In this document: piece after piece, positions 1 to 14,349 of the stretch
How positions within the stretch are numbered: the first letter of the stretch is position 1
Layout: each line of letters opens with the position of its first letter
Assembly (NCBI GenBank): GCA_016748015.1
Contig: JAAOMT010000495.1
Coordinates: 271,741-335,740 of the forward strand
Source of the DNA: Geosiphon pyriformis uo1
Taxonomy: Eukaryota; Fungi; Glomeromycota
Length of the DNA: 64,000 bases
Direction of reading: 5' to 3'
Translations under genes and position numbers: made by a program
The notes under the pieces: model-generated
Database searches by the model: none
The model's input: only the letters and a program-made list of their open reading frames with translations
What the model was told of the DNA's origin: nothing

Positions 1-459
1 TAATAAACTTATAATTTATTTAAATTTTTTTAGCAAAGTTTTTAGTAAATTAGAGAGAAAAATAGTTTTGCTAAAAAAAAAGTACTGTATAGATAATGTT
101 AATATGTTTGGTGATTTGGATTTTTTGGTTGGTATTAATAATAAAACATTTTCTAACTTGATATTTCTTTGGATATATAAGCCTAATAATATTAAAACTG
201 ATCTTTTAAAAACAGCTAAATAGTTGGTTGGATTGGTTTTTTATAGTGTTAGATTATTTAATGTAGTTCAAAAAATGTTGGTTTTAGATAAATTTACTTT
301 TATTGTATTAATATAATATAGTTTAAACTAGTTTAAGTAGCTGGTTACATGTAGAAAACATGTAAACTATATTTAACTTTGGAATACTTAGTTTGTTTCT
401 AATTTTTAGATAATAATTAGATCATATTTGTTAAATCTTAATAATAATAATAATAATAA
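1..459 (+). mobile_element. 3' end of an ORF1-only (HAL1-like) non-autonomous retroposon, truncated by the window edge
   Basis: Colinear with 16081-16525. Degenerate reading FLWIYKPNNIKTDLLKTAK*LVGLV, then the shared tail motif gctggttacatgtagaaaacatgt (~340-363) and an (AAT)n/A-rich tail. Confidence 0.75.
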
Positions 460-856
460 AATAACTTAATTTATTATAAAATAGTTTGTTTACTAAAAAA
501 ATTTAAAGTAATATTTATTAATTATTATTAAACAAATAAAAAATATTGTTTTAATTAAAAATATTTTTATTATTAAAAAAACTAAATTTTAAGAATTTTG
601 TATTTAGATAATTTAAATTAATAATTAAATAAATAAACAGTAAAAATTTTTGTAATATTAATTTAATATTAATTTATAATTTTTATTTTTATTTTTATTT
701 TTATTATATATATGACTTAAATAATTTTATTATCTTTCTCTTGTTGATCTTATGGTCACAATAAGAGATAGAATATACTGAAGAAATAAATTTCCTTTAT
801 TCTCTTTTTTCTGTATCTTCACAGTTATTTCTTCCAATGTACTTTTGTTCATAAGT

Positions 857-2807
857 ATGAATCCAGTAGGCTTTTTTGCTAGTAGGTTGGTATCTGTTTT
901 GGCTGGGTTGAGGACCCAGTCTGGTATCAAAACCAAACAGTTAGTGAATGTTCACTTACATAGTGCTTCTTACAAAAAACCCAAAAAACCTACTATTGTT
1001 GGTAATATGGTTGAAACATCAGCTAGCTCTCTATTTTTTGTGAATATAATTACTGACAGTAACAAATCTGCAAGGTTCTGGAGCAGTAAAATAAACAGCA
1101 AAACAAGCAGCATTAGCAGTATATCAGATCTGGAGAACATAAAAAATACAGTTGTGGAAGATACCAATTATGTAGATTCCAATGCCTTGGAAGTTAACAA
1201 TACTATGAACAACATCATACTAAGAAAAACTCATACCAGGACATATGTTTTGGGCAGCAAACTAAAAACTTTTTCTTTCAACAATTTGAGTGATGACAAT
1301 GATGATATTTTGACACTTCTGGTTCCTAAATTTTCTGGTGCTAAGCATTTGCTGAATGTTGAGTCATATGTTCTGAATAAGCACAATTTTAAGCCAGTCA
1401 AATCTTTTGTGTTAAATATTGAACTATCTGCTGTGTTGGGTAAAACTATTAGTAATAAATTAATTGCAGTCAAAAAAAATTTCTATTGAGTTGATAGTTT
1501 TGGGAAGGCTTTCACTCTTTCAAAATTTTTAGGAATTATTAGGTTATTTTTTATATCTGAATCTAGTTTAAATAAGGCAAAAGAATTGGCAATCTGTGAG
1601 AAAATTTTTGTTAATAATGATCTAAAAAAAGTAAACAGCCATTCAGATAGAGAAATAATTATCAAGAAAATTTTGGTTGATCTTCCCAAATTGGCTGTGG
1701 AATCAGTTTTTTCTAAGTTTAATAAGATTGTATCAATCAAGATATAATTGATTGGTTTGTGGCAAAAAACTTTGGTGAAATATGAATCATCTGAGATGGC
1801 TGATTTGGTTGCAGCTAGGTAGTTTGTTTTCATGAGAAAAGATTCTGTTTATGTGACAAAAGCAATTGGTAATAAACAAACTTGGATATTTAGGAACTAA
1901 CATTAGGCTTTGTTGTATACTTTCTTAATTGGTACTACAGCTTATAACTTGTCTGATCTGCTGAATTTATATGATAAAAAGACTTGTTATATTGGCCATA
2001 ATTTCAGTTCATATGTGCATAATAAATGTGTGATAGTGTGTTTTACTGATGAGACATTCAAATTGGCTGTTATTGGTTTTACTCCAGTTTACAAGAGTGT
2101 AAATTTGCATTGGGCTGGGCTTTCTTTAACCTGTTGTGCTCTATGTAAACAATTTGGTTATGTCTCTGGTGTTTGTTCAGTGAGTAGAAATTCTGGTGGT
2201 TATGGTAGACATGTAATAATCTTTCAGGATTGAATTTGTTTAGCCAACATATATAAGAAAAAGCAGACTTCTGTTGCATGCTTTGTTTCATTTAGAAATA
2301 AAACCTGGGCTCAAATTGCTAGTGGTTATCCTTTCTGTGTGGTTTTGTCAGTTCTGTCTAATGGTAGTTTATCTTTAGGTGTGATATTTTACTCCTTGGG
2401 TTTTGCTTCCTTTGTTGATTTTAGCTTAAGTAATCATTTGGCAGTCTTGAAATGCTCTTTAGAACTTCTGACAGATCAGGTTTCTGTTCTTATGAAAAAG
2501 TTAAACTTTATGGAGTTGGTGCCTCTAACTACATCCTCTTATGCTTCTCCTCCAGTTATCTCTGTCTTTTTGGCTCCTGTTTTGGATTCAAATATAGTTT
2601 TAAATGATGTGTTGGTATTATCTGCCTCCTTCTCCTTTATTAGTATTAATGCAATTGCCAATTTCTAATAGTTCTAAGGTCCTAACCACCAAAGTGGGTA
2701 GATTGGAGTTAAAAATGATGGCTTTAAAGGCATCAGTTAATTCAGTTTTGGAAAAATTGGATTGTTTGTGTTCTGATTTGGGTTTGTCAGTTTTTTTTTC
2801 ATCTTAA
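857..2807 (+). pseudogene. LINE 1 ORF1 (RRM-like region, CCHC knuckle, coiled-coil-like C-terminus), disrupted
   Basis: ORF fragments 845-1489, 1910-2233, 2339-2807; degenerate knuckle CALCKQFGYVSGVC; homologous to ORF1 of copies 2-4. Confidence 0.85.
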
Positions 2808-5800
2808 TAATCAGTTTGGTTTGGAAAATTGCTACATGCAATGCTTGGAACATAAACAATCCTGTAAAGCAGAAAGATATTGTTTATTGACACAAAAATA
2901 TGGGCAATTTGATTTCAATTATTACTGAAACTAAGTTAAAGGGTAAAGTCTGTCCATGGATTGCTGATAAGTTTGATGGTGTTTGTATCTTTATTTCTGG
3001 TGCAAACTCAGGTTACTTGGGTTCTGATGTAGTCATTATCATGGACATTTTTCTGGTTTGTCGTGTGTAAAATTTCTGAAGTGCTTGGTCAGCTCTTTTC
3101 TGTCAAGTTACTCTTCAAAAATAAGCTTTCTGTTTCGATTTTAAGACTTTATACTGGAGTGTTCTCAGCAGTTTATTTCTTTCAAGCAAGTAATATTAAC
3201 TCCATGATTGCAAAAGCTGTGAATGAATTGTCCTTTGTCATCTTAGGTGGCAATTTTAATGAAGATGGTTTTTCTAAGAGTGCTAGTTTCAGGAAGTGCT
3301 TTAATTTGGATTTGGTCAATTCTATGGGTGGGAGCTCATTTGCAAGAACGCCAACATGAACCAATTCTTAGGGTGTTGCTAAGACTATTAATTATGTGTT
3401 CTTTTCTTCCAATTTGGTTAATGTAATAGTATATAGTAATATCTTGGATATCAGCAAGCATTTTGACACTGATCATCATGTTGTCTTTGTGTCCATGGGT
3501 CTGGGTGGATTGTTAGATACTTAGTTAAACTCTCTTTACAAGCAAGCTAATAGAGATTATTGGAAATTTGATTTCAAAAATGCTGATGAAAATAAGTGGA
3601 ATGATTTTAGGAGTGCCATATTAGCCAATACTGTGATGTTTTCAAGTAAGTTTGCTGTCTTTGTAGAGTTCTCAGATCTGGATGTTATGTAAAACATAAT
3701 TCACAAGATAATGACTCTCTTGGCAAATAAAATATTCAAAAGAAAATGGTTTAAGAGTTATGATAAAGTTTTCATTAAGGAATTTTCTAGGTTTTATAAA
3801 CTGGAGTTGTTGGTGTTCAAGCTGATTAAGGCTTTTTATTTGATTTCTTGTGGAGATTTTGCAGCATTGTTGAATATGTGGAGTGGACTTGACACTGCTG
3901 GTGTATTAGCGGTAAAGTTTTTATTTCTTTTAAGTTTTAATTTTAACACAATTTGTTTGGCTTTGGCTATGGCAAAAAAATTTTACTGCTCTTCTAAGAT
4001 GCTGGAGTCCAAGCATACAAGAGAGTTTTGCATCAAGACAGCTATTGATAAAAAATGGAAAATTTTGAATTAGACAAGAGTCACACTATTAGGAGTGTGT
4101 TGAAGCATTTTTTTATAAGGTGGTACTGAATTATCTGGTTGCAGATAATGAATTGGTACTGGAGTCCAATCTAGTTAAATTTAAGATAGATATAATCATA
4201 GAAGGTTGAATTAGGAAGTATAAGGTGGTGTCTGATATCTCTGACAATTAGTCTTGCCAATATCAGTCTTTGGATTATGTTTTTGATGATGCTTTTGCTA
4301 ATGTAATGTGTCCAATTGTGTTCAATAAAATGTTTGTTGTAGTTTCAAATCTGCTAAATGAGAAAGCAGCTGGTCTTTCTGGTATTTTAAATAAGTTGTG
4401 GAAGCATTGTAACAAGTCAATATTGGATATGCTGATGGTGCTTTTAAACTTTTGTTTGATTTGCAAATCAGTGTCTAGGCCTTGAAAAGAAGCTTGGGTC
4501 TCAATAATTCCCAAACTTTATGAATAGAAGAATGTTCTTACAAATACCTGTTCTATTGCTCTAATTGAAACAGCTCACAAGGTCTTTTCTAAGATTTTTT
4601 TAACAAAATTTCTTTGGCTTGTAGTACTTTTGATGTTCTCCATGGAGACAACTTTTCTGTTTTGAGAGGTACATTGACACAATTTCCTATTTTTGCTATT
4701 GATTCTGTTATTGAAGATGCTTTAGAAAAAAATTGAGAGCTATGACTGGTTTTGTAGGACATGCATAAAGCCTATGACTTTGTTGGATGAAAATATCTTA
4801 AGAGAAGTTTGACTAAGATCAAGATGTATAACAAATTTATTAGATTTTTTGAAGATTTTTACAATGATCACATTAACAAAGTGATGATGAATTTTGGTCT
4901 GACTGGCAAATATTATGTTCATAATGGGTTGGATCAAGAGAAGGTTTTCTCACTTCTTCTTTGGTGCATATTCTATGATTTGCTCTTATGTGAGGTTAAG
5001 AGACAAGAGAGCATGTGTGGTTATAAATTAAATTCTCATTTTATTTCCAAAACTGGCAAAGCAGAATCTTAAGCCAGGTTATTCTTGTTTTTTGCTGCTG
5101 GTGTTTTTATTGATGATACAATTTGGATTGGTAGTAGCCAAGCTGCTACACAACATATTCTCAATATTGCAAGTGAATTTTTTTGGTTTAATAACATTTC
5201 TATTAATAATAACAAAACTGTGGCCATCTCTATCAACTGTTAGGTTAAGGACTCTTATCTAACTATTAGTGGCTTGCCTATTTCTGTTGCCAAAAAAGAA
5301 GAGTTGTACTACAATCTAAGTATCTTTTTGTCTTCTGAAGGTTTGTCAAAACCTAGTCTGGCTAAGATGTATTCAGATGTTCAATTTTTTGTCAATTTTG
5401 TTTTAAGGAAGACAATTTCAGATAAACAGTTTATGTATTTGGTGTCTGCAGTTCTTTATCTAATCATCAGTTACAAAACTTAGTTCAGTTTTATTTCTGT
5501 TAGTGTATATAATAAATAAGATGCTCTCATTTGTAAAAGCTTAAAGTCTAAGTCTGATTTGCTGCTTGATTTCTTTAATAATGCAATTTATCATCCTTTT
5601 CTGTATAATTTAAAAATATTTAAACAAATTTAGGCTGAAAACAAATCAGCCTCAGTTGTTTTCTTTGCAAATTCAGTTGGTATTTTGGGCAAGTTATTTT
5701 TTCACAGATTATATAATCTTCAAGTCCTCAGTTGGCATTCATTTCACCCTTTACAGTTCCTGGCTTATGTCAAAATCAATCTTTCAAATAACTTTCTGGC

Positions 5801-7489
5801 AGATATGGTGTGCATATTTTCTGGATATGATTTGTTTTTGGACAATTCTCTGGCCAGTGCTTTTTATTTTTAGGGTGAAACTTTTATGTCTCTTGTTCTT
5901 GGTAAGTTGATTTATCTTAAATGTGTCTCTTCATTTTGACATTATGGAATTGCTTTTGTGGACCAGCTGTGTGACTAGAGTAATGCTGTTTTTAATTAGA
6001 AAATCTTCAAGTAGTAGAAGTGATTGGATCCCCATGGCTCTGTTTCTATCTGGTTCGAACTTTCTGTTTGGTTTTTTGGTAGTATTGCTCTTCTCTCTGT
6101 CAATTCTCCACTTTTGGGTAGTCATAATTCTTTGAATATTTTTCAGTCTTGTAAGTTTGATATTGTTAGAGACAATTTGTTGCATGTTAATACTGGCTGC
6201 TTTTCTGTCTATACAGATGGATCTTTAAGTGGTTTGGGAACTTTCAATATAAAAGCTGGTGTGGCTGTTTTTTTCAAAGACATTAATTTGGGTTTGGGTG
6301 TATAGATTTCTGGTTTGTTGTTTTTCACTATGGTGAAACTACAGGCCATTGCTTTAGCTCTTAAATGTGTTCTCTTTTTTTGTTCTGTGAACCTGTTTAT
6401 GAACAGCCAGGCTGTTTTAAATGTGTGCAAGTCGAATTTAAAGTTGGTTCATCTGGATTTTAGAAATTAATGTTGAATTAAATATAGTCATATTGTAAAT
6501 GTTATTCATTGTAAGAATTTGGATGTCAGTTGGCATAAGATTAGAGGTCATTCTGGCATTTCAGACAATAAGTATGCTGATATGTTTGCCAAAGCAGCTG
6601 CCATCTCCAATTGACATCTACCCTATTTGGTTAGTAAATGTTATCTTAGAGCCAATGGTATTGCTGTTTCTGGTAATTCTAGACATTTTGTTTAAAAGAT
6701 TTTTTGGTCTGTTTATCATGTATGCTGGAAAACTAGTTCTGGTTTCCAGATGGTAGTGGACAGTATACATGTGAATATTAATTGGTTTAGATTGTTTTTA
6801 GTGTGGCATCCTGATTTTTACTTGGTGGCTGGTTTCACTAATAAATAAATTGCTGGTTTCCAAACATATTTTATGAAAGCTTTTCATCATTGGCTTTTTG
6901 TTGCTGTACATAAATGACTATACAATAAACATTACTCCAGTGTGATTTGCTTGTTCTGTGGTGATATTAAGGTCTCAGACCATACCTTTTTTTGTCCGTT
7001 TAATGCTGCTGGTTGTGCTCAGTTGTTGAACATCCATGCTTTTATTTGGAATGTACACTCTGATTTATCTCATTCTTTTTCTTGTGTTTTGTGGTTATTG
7101 TTCTTTTGTGTTTCTAATATTGCAGTTAGCATGGCTTTGTTTAAGGTTTTTGTTTTTAATAATTGGTATTGTGAGTCTGTTTTGGTTTTCAAAGATTCTA
7201 AAATTGCAGGCCAACATATTGTGAATTTAGTGCATGAATTTTGTCTTACATTTTGAAAAGATATCTAGTCAGTTTGTGCCAAGCACCAAGTTTTTATGAA
7301 AAAAAATGGTCTGATTTTGCAAAATGGTTCTATTTTTGTCCCAGTTTTTGGTTTTCTTTCAACATTTTCAGCCAGTGTGGTTAAGTTACTGGGTATTGCT
7401 AAGACAGTTGATATGAGTTTTGGGTTTTATAAATCTTGTTTGTTTTTTTCAGATATAGGGATATAGTCTTTGTTCATATAAGTGTTTAG
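2807..7489 (+). pseudogene. LINE 1 ORF2 (APE-RT-RNase H-Zn finger), disrupted
   Basis: Track fragments 3063-7256 carry APE, RT and RNase H motifs; many TGG>TAG/TGA and CAA>TAA stops. Confidence 0.88.
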
Positions 7490-7601
7490 TGTTGTTTTAA
7501 TTAACCTGAATGGCTGGTTATGTGTAGAAAATGCATAATTCACACCTAGTTTAGATTATTTGTATGATGTATTATACTAGGCAGTATTTGGATTTCACTC
7601 A

Positions 7602-10600
7602 TTTTTTTTTTTTTATTCATTTAACGAGTGAGGTCTAAATACCATTTAGAACTATACATCAAAGAAATGATCTAAACTAAGTATGAATTATGTATTTTCT
7701 ACATATAACCAGCCATTCGAGCCAGTCAGGACAACACTATGCACTTATATTAACAGAAACCAGATCACCAATACCTAAAAAAAATACACAAGACTTGCGA
7801 AAGCCAAAATGGATCCCAAAAGCTTTAGTAATACCAAGCAATTTAATCACACCAGCTGAAAACCCTGAAACCAAACCAGAAACCAAAATGGAGATTGAGC
7901 CATCTGCTGGGATTAGGCCATTCTTTTTCATAAATGCGTGATGTTTAGCATGGACCAACCAAATGTTATTCCTAAAAGCAAGACAAATAGATTGCACAAA
8001 ATCAGCAATTTTAACACCAGCAACTTTGGGATTATGGAAGATAGAAATAGCCTCCTGAAGCTATCCATTGAAAACAAAACCTTTGTAAAAAGCTGAGAAA
8101 ACTGAAAAGTCCAAAGCACAGATTGACAGCAGTTGTAATATATCCGAAGAAGGAAAAGAAAGACCAGAAAGCACTCTCCAAGAAGACATGCAAGATTCCA
8201 AGACCTGACAATGAGCTGAATCATCAATCACATAAGAAAACACATGATCAGACACCTCTACCTCATTACAATACAGACACAGAACACTAAGGTAATATTT
8301 ATTATAAAGATGCTTTCAAACAGCCACAGAAAACTGATAGTGTAAAGCCTTTATGAGATAAGTTCGAATATCAACAGTCAGCCTGCTGGTGAAACCAGTG
8401 GCCATATGCAAATCAGAGTGCCAAACTCTGAAAGAACAAAGCCAATCAACATCTGAATGCAAATCACCATCTAGAAATCCAGAACCAGAACCAATCTTCC
8501 AATGCACATGACAAACAGCATGAAAAACATCATGAACAAAGTGCCTAGAATTACCAAAAACAACACCACCATCTGCCAACAAAAAATGTTCACTAACACA
8601 AGAAAAAAGATACCAACCAGAGAGAGACACAGCATTAGTGATATTATCGGCACAATTATTCCCCAAAATACCAGAGTGGCTCTTAACTTTGTGCTATTTA
8701 ACTCTTAAATTTTTACTGCAAATAACATTCCTAATATGCTGACATTTGACTCAACACTGATTGCAAAAATCAGGACACACTAGGTCAAACTCTGACCTGA
8801 AAGCATCCAAAGCTGCCTAACTATCCAAAAACAGATGAACAGAATGAGCTACAGACACACATTCTAGAGCCAATGGTATAGTCTGCAGTTCTATCAAAGT
8901 GGATAACACTAATTCCTGAACACTGACATCCAAACCCAAATTAATGTCTTCAAAAAAGGCAGCAGCTCTGGCCCTACAACCAATCATGCCCAAATTCTTC
9001 AATAAACCATCTGTGTACACAGACAAGCTATTAATGCCAATCTGAGAAAGATGATTACAGACAGACATAAAATCATTAGAACCACAAATGTCCAGAGGGC
9101 CAACATCAGCCAATGCTAAAGGAGAAGAATAAGGAGTTACAAGAAATACAACAGAAAGTTTGAACCATTCAGAAACCAGACCACGAGGGTCCAGCCTTTT
9201 CCACTGCTTAAATGTGTGCCAGCTAAAGACACAACCATAACAATCACAAAGCTGGTTCACAAAGACAATGCCATAATGCTGGAGAGAGAGTAAAAACTTG
9301 CAAAACAAAGACTCACCAAGAACAACAGACATAGATACTCCACCATGAAACTGGAAAGAACTGGCCAAAGAGCCACTCAAAGATAACTTGCAGTCAAAAA
9401 GAATGTAAACCATACCAGCTAAGAAATTATTAGAAACATCGACACAAATACAAGCAGGGGAAACCAATGGATAGACAGACTACCAATACAGAACCTGTAA
9501 GTTATGAGACCTGTGACTGAACAAGCACCCCAAAATCCTGCCAGAGTTTGCAAAACTAATAAGTGAAGCAACCTTACCCTCAGATTAACATTGTGAAAAA
9601 AACTTCAAACCATAAAAAGAGGGGTAGTGAATTGTATTATTAGAAAAGTCCAGTGAAAGACCAGATTTTAGTTTCAAGCTTTTGCAAATCAAAGCATCCC
9701 ATTTGTTATACACACCAACAAAAACAAAGCTAAACTGTGTTTTATAACTAACAATAGGATGAAAAACTGTCAAAACCAAATACAAGAACTGTTTATCTAA
9801 GACAGTTTTCTTCAAAACCAAATTAGTAAAAAAACAAACATCTGAATACGCTTTTACCAAACTAGGTTTAGAAAGGCCCTTAGTTGAAAGAAAAATACCC
9901 AAGTATTGATGAGACTCCTCTTTTTTGGCAATTGAAATAGGCAGACTACTAATAAAAAGAGAAGAATTGCTGATCCTGCTGTTAATAAGAATTGCCACTG
10001 TTTTATCATTGTTAATTAAGATATTATTGATCTGAAAAAATTCACTGACAACATTGAGAATATATTGAGTAGTGTTTTGACTGCTACCAACCCAAATCAT
10101 ATCATTAACAAAGACGCCAGCAGCAAAAAAGGAAGAATGCCCAGCCCAAGATTCAGCATGACCATTCTTGAAAATAAAATAAGAATTCAGTCTATATTTA
10201 CATATACTCTCCTGATGCTTGACTTCACACAACAAAAGATCATAAAATATTTACCACAAAAGGGGAAAAAAAACTTTTTCTTGATCCAGACTATCATGTA
10301 CACGATAACCATCTGTCAAACCAAAATCTGTTATAACCCAGTTGGTACAATTATTGTGAATGTTGCCAAAAAAACAAATGAATTTGCTATACATCTTAAT
10401 CCTAATCAAACTATTTTTGAGATGTTTCTAGCCAACCAAATCATATGCTTTTCGCATGTTCTGCAAAACCAGCCAGAGCTCTCAGTCCTTTTCCAAAGTG
10501 TTTTTAATGACTGAACCAATTACAAAAATAGAAAACTAAGTTGTCATATCTCTTAAAACCAAGAAATTATTTTCATGAAGGACATCAAAAGCACTACATG

Positions 10601-13600
10601 CCAAGAAAATCCTGTTAGAAAAAATCTTAGAAAGAATCTTATGAGCCATTTCAATCAAAACAATAGAATAAGTATTGGTCAAAACACTCTCTCACTCATA
10701 TGGTTTGGAAATTATTAAGATCCAGGCCTCTTTTCAAGGGCCAGGCACTGATTCATTAGACAGACAAAGGTTCAAAATCACCAAAAGCATATTCAAAACA
10801 GACTTATTGCAATGTTTCCAAAATTCATTTGAGATACTAGACAAGCCAGCAGCTTTACTATCAAGCAAGTCAAAAATCACCCCAAAGAATTCATTAAAAC
10901 CAATCGGGCACATTACACCAGAAAAGGCTTCATCAAAAACATATTCCAAAAGTTGATATTGATGGCACCAATCAATTAATATATCATCAGCCACATGATG
11001 CTTTCTGGTCCATCTTTTTATGATTACATCCACCTTAGACTTAACCAACTCAAGTTCCAAAATCAGATCATCATTAATCACTAGATGGTTTAGCACCATT
11101 TTATGAAACGGATGCTCCAGTACACTCCTGATTGTATGACCCTTGTTGACCTCAAAGCTTTCTATTTTTTTATTAATGGCAGACCTGATGTTTGCTTCCT
11201 TGGCTCTCAAAGATTTAGTGAGTTTGAAAGCACGATAAAACTTTCTAGCACCAAAAAGAGCAGAACAAATATGATTAGAACCAGCACCAGAATCCACCAG
11301 ATTTTAAACAACAGAAAACCTGACATTGTCTACAGAACTCTAGCATTTCATAAGATAAACAAAGTTTCTAGCATCTTCTCCATATAAAGACTTAACAATC
11401 CTAGAAACCAAAAGCTCCAATTTATAAAATTTTGAAGAATCTTTGGTGAAAACTTCATCAAACCCTTTGAACCACTTTTTTTTGAAAATTTTGTTAGCTG
11501 AAAAAGTCATAACTTTGTGTACAACACACCACATAGCATCTAAATTTAAAAATCTCACAAACGCAGCGAATTTACCCGAAAACAATGTAGCATTGACCAG
11601 TGTAGAACTTTTAAAATTATTCCATTTAATCTTATTAGCACTCTTGAAATTGAACTTCCATCAATCTTTATTGGCCTGTTTGCAAGGAGAGTTTAATCTA
11701 GTATCTAAAAGGCCACCCAAACCCAAAGACACAAAAACAGCTTTGTAATCCGAATCAAAATGTTCATTGACAATGAAGACATTGCACTGCATTATTGCAT
11801 TTACCAGATTCGAGAAAATAAACACATAATCAATTGTTTTTGCAACACTCCAAGAATTGCTCCAAGTCGGTGTCTTAGCAAAAGAACTTTCACTCAAAGA
11901 ATTAATCAAACCAAAATCATAGCACTTTCTAAAACTAGCACACTTATGAAAACCATTTTCATTGAAATCACCACCAAAAATGACAAAAAAAGATTCATTC
12001 ATGGCTTTTGCAATCAAGGAATTGATCTCATCAGCCTAGAAAAATTGAGTAGCCAAAGAGGCACCAGCATACAGCCCCAGAATTGAAACCAAAAGTTTAT
12101 TCTTGAAAAGTAACCTAATGCAGAAAAGACAACCTGGAATCTCAGAAATCTTATATACATGCTTAGCCAAGGATCTGTTCATAACAATTGCGACACCAGC
12201 ACCCACATAGCCAGAGTCCAAACCAGAAGAAAACACATAAACATCATCAAATTTGTCAACCAACCAAGGGTAAGCCTTATTTCTTAACTTTGTTTCTATG
12301 AAAATCAAAACCAAATTGTCCATATCTTTATGCCATCAAACAATATTATCCTGTTTGGCAGGATTGTTTATGCCTCTAACATTACACATAGCCACTTTCC
12401 ACATTAAACTACTTATTGAAATGGAAAAAGAGCTGAAGAACTCGCACCAGAACACAAATGATCCAACTTTTCCAAAACTGAACTGATTGAGACCTCAAAA
12501 ACTACTATTTTCAATTTCAATTCACCCACCTTGGAGATCAAAACCTTGAAAAAACTCAAGCTAAAATCATGGACCACATCATCAACAGCTGGGAGAGGAG
12601 GAGCAGAAGCCAATAACATATCATTCACCACTTGGGCCCAAGATTTGCCACCAAAAGCAGCGGAGTAAGATATTAGAACACCTTTCTTTTCATACAACTT
12701 TGCCAACTGAAGACAACATCCATCAGATGCAACCCTTTTAAATGTTCTTGGAGGCTCAGATGGGGATGCAACAAATGTATCACATTCCAGAGCAGAATAA
12801 TCAAACTCTCTGCATTTCTCACACTGAACCAGATTCATTCTTGCTCAAGAGAGTTTAATTCTGCCAAAAATTGGCTCTGTGTGAAAGACGAGTTCCAGAT
12901 TATTGTCAAATTCAAAACCAACTACAGCACAATGAATCCTATTATTAGTTTCCAGAGATCTGTTTATGACGCAAGTTTTCCCACCAGTCTTTTCCAAAAG
13001 AGTTCCAAGATCATGTGCCACTGTTTCCATCAGCAAAGTAAACAAAAGCACCCTAAACTGATTCCTTGATGCCCAAGTCTTATGATCTTCCACTGTTTTG
13101 GTTATGTGCACAGAATTTTTACCAATTAAGAATGATTACTTAAAGGCTAACAAATCAGTTTGGCTTAATTCAGCAAATTCTATCACAGCTTTTTGCCACA
13201 TCCCAATTAGTTGAATTTTGATTGACTTAATTTCTCCAAATTCGGATACTGCAGCAATGATCATATCTTTAGGTGTGTTCATGGGAATTTTTTTAATTAC
13301 CACAGCCTAATTTGACCTCATTTTTTGTCTCTTAAGATTGTTGTTTATGTTAATCCCCTTTTTTCTGGCCAATGATATGGCCATTTCCATGCTTTTTTCT
13401 GAAGTAAATATTGATTAGATGATTTTTTTAAATTTTGAGGGAGTAGTGGCCCCCCAAAACCATTGACTAATGAAAAAATTTTTCTGATGTATTAAGTCTT
13501 TGCTGTCACAGATTTCCCTTCAACAGCACTAAGATTAATGTTAAGAGCAAAAAACTTTCTAACAAAAACTTCAATCTGAGATTTGACAATTTTTAGATTA

Positions 13601-14136
13601 ACTCATTTTTTTTCAAGAGAAATTTTAAGAGAGGGAGGGAGGTGCATATCATCTTCATCCATTCTATAATCAATTAAGCCAAAAGAGGAGCCACAAACCA
13701 GATTGGAAATTGCTTTTTTAGCTTTAAGGGTGTTCGTTATCAAACCAAAAAAAAAACCATCACCAGCATCAAGAGAAATATTATCATCTTGACTATCACC
13801 AGATACACTGTCCATATCCGAATACACACCATGACTAGGATCAGGTTTGGCCAAAAAAATATTTTTTTCATCTTTAAAGTGTTTGACATTACCAACAAAA
13901 ACTTTTTTTTTTTAAGAAAAAAAACTCCCAACAGGACTATAAAGAACCCCTATGGGCGCCTTCTTTTTAGGCATAGTACTATCTGAAGCAGCAGTCAAGT
14001 TTATCATGAAAAAATTATTTAATTGAGAAATGTTTGTAAGAAATAGTAAGAAAAAAATAAAAAACTTCTTTTTTAAAAAAATGCTTTTTGGGGTTTTTTG
14101 GAAGTAAAAAAGAAAGAAGTTTTTATATTTAATTAT
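7602..14136 (-). mobile_element. LINE copy 2, full-length, degenerate, inserted antisense into the 3' UTR of copy 1
   Basis: Poly-T 7602-7614. ORF2 ~7737-12415 (GGDFN, FVND, VYTDG, VKSHSG). ORF1 ~12413-14007. 5' end aaaacttctttc shared with copies 3 and 4. TSD tttcactca(tt) at 7593-7601 and 14137-14145. Confidence 0.92.
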
Positions 14137-14349
14137 TTTCACTCATTAAACATAAAAAAAAAATTTTTATTATAATTTATAAAAATATAAAAAATACAAA
14201 TTTGATTATTATTAATAGATTATTAATAAATTATTAATAAATTTTAATATGTTTAAAATTATTAGTAATATTTTGGTATTTTTTGTAAATCTGAATTTAA
14301 AAATTAATATTAAATAAATAATTTGGTTTTATTATAATAATATCTCTTT

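Larger units (their letters stand above)
734..14163 (+). mobile_element. LINE copy 1 (L1-like with RNase H), full-length, degenerate; body 734-7601, 3' terminus displaced to 14146-14163 by nested LINE copy 2
   Basis: Broken ORF1 (~857-2807) and ORF2 (~2807-7489): APE (WKIATCN, ETKL, GGNFN, TDH), RT (FIDD ~5106), RNase H (VYTDGSL...GHSG) and CLFCGD..SDH Zn finger. 3' UTR motif ggctggttatgtgtagaaa. Tail resumes at 14146 as ttaaacat-polyA. Confidence 0.9.

Noticed and set aside
725-733. TSD for LINE 1 (ttttattat, also at ~14165-14173)
   Set aside because: Plausible, but too low in complexity to distinguish from chance.
730-14142. Dozens of short ORFs as separate genes
   Set aside because: They are fragments of LINE ORF1/ORF2 or antisense shadows.
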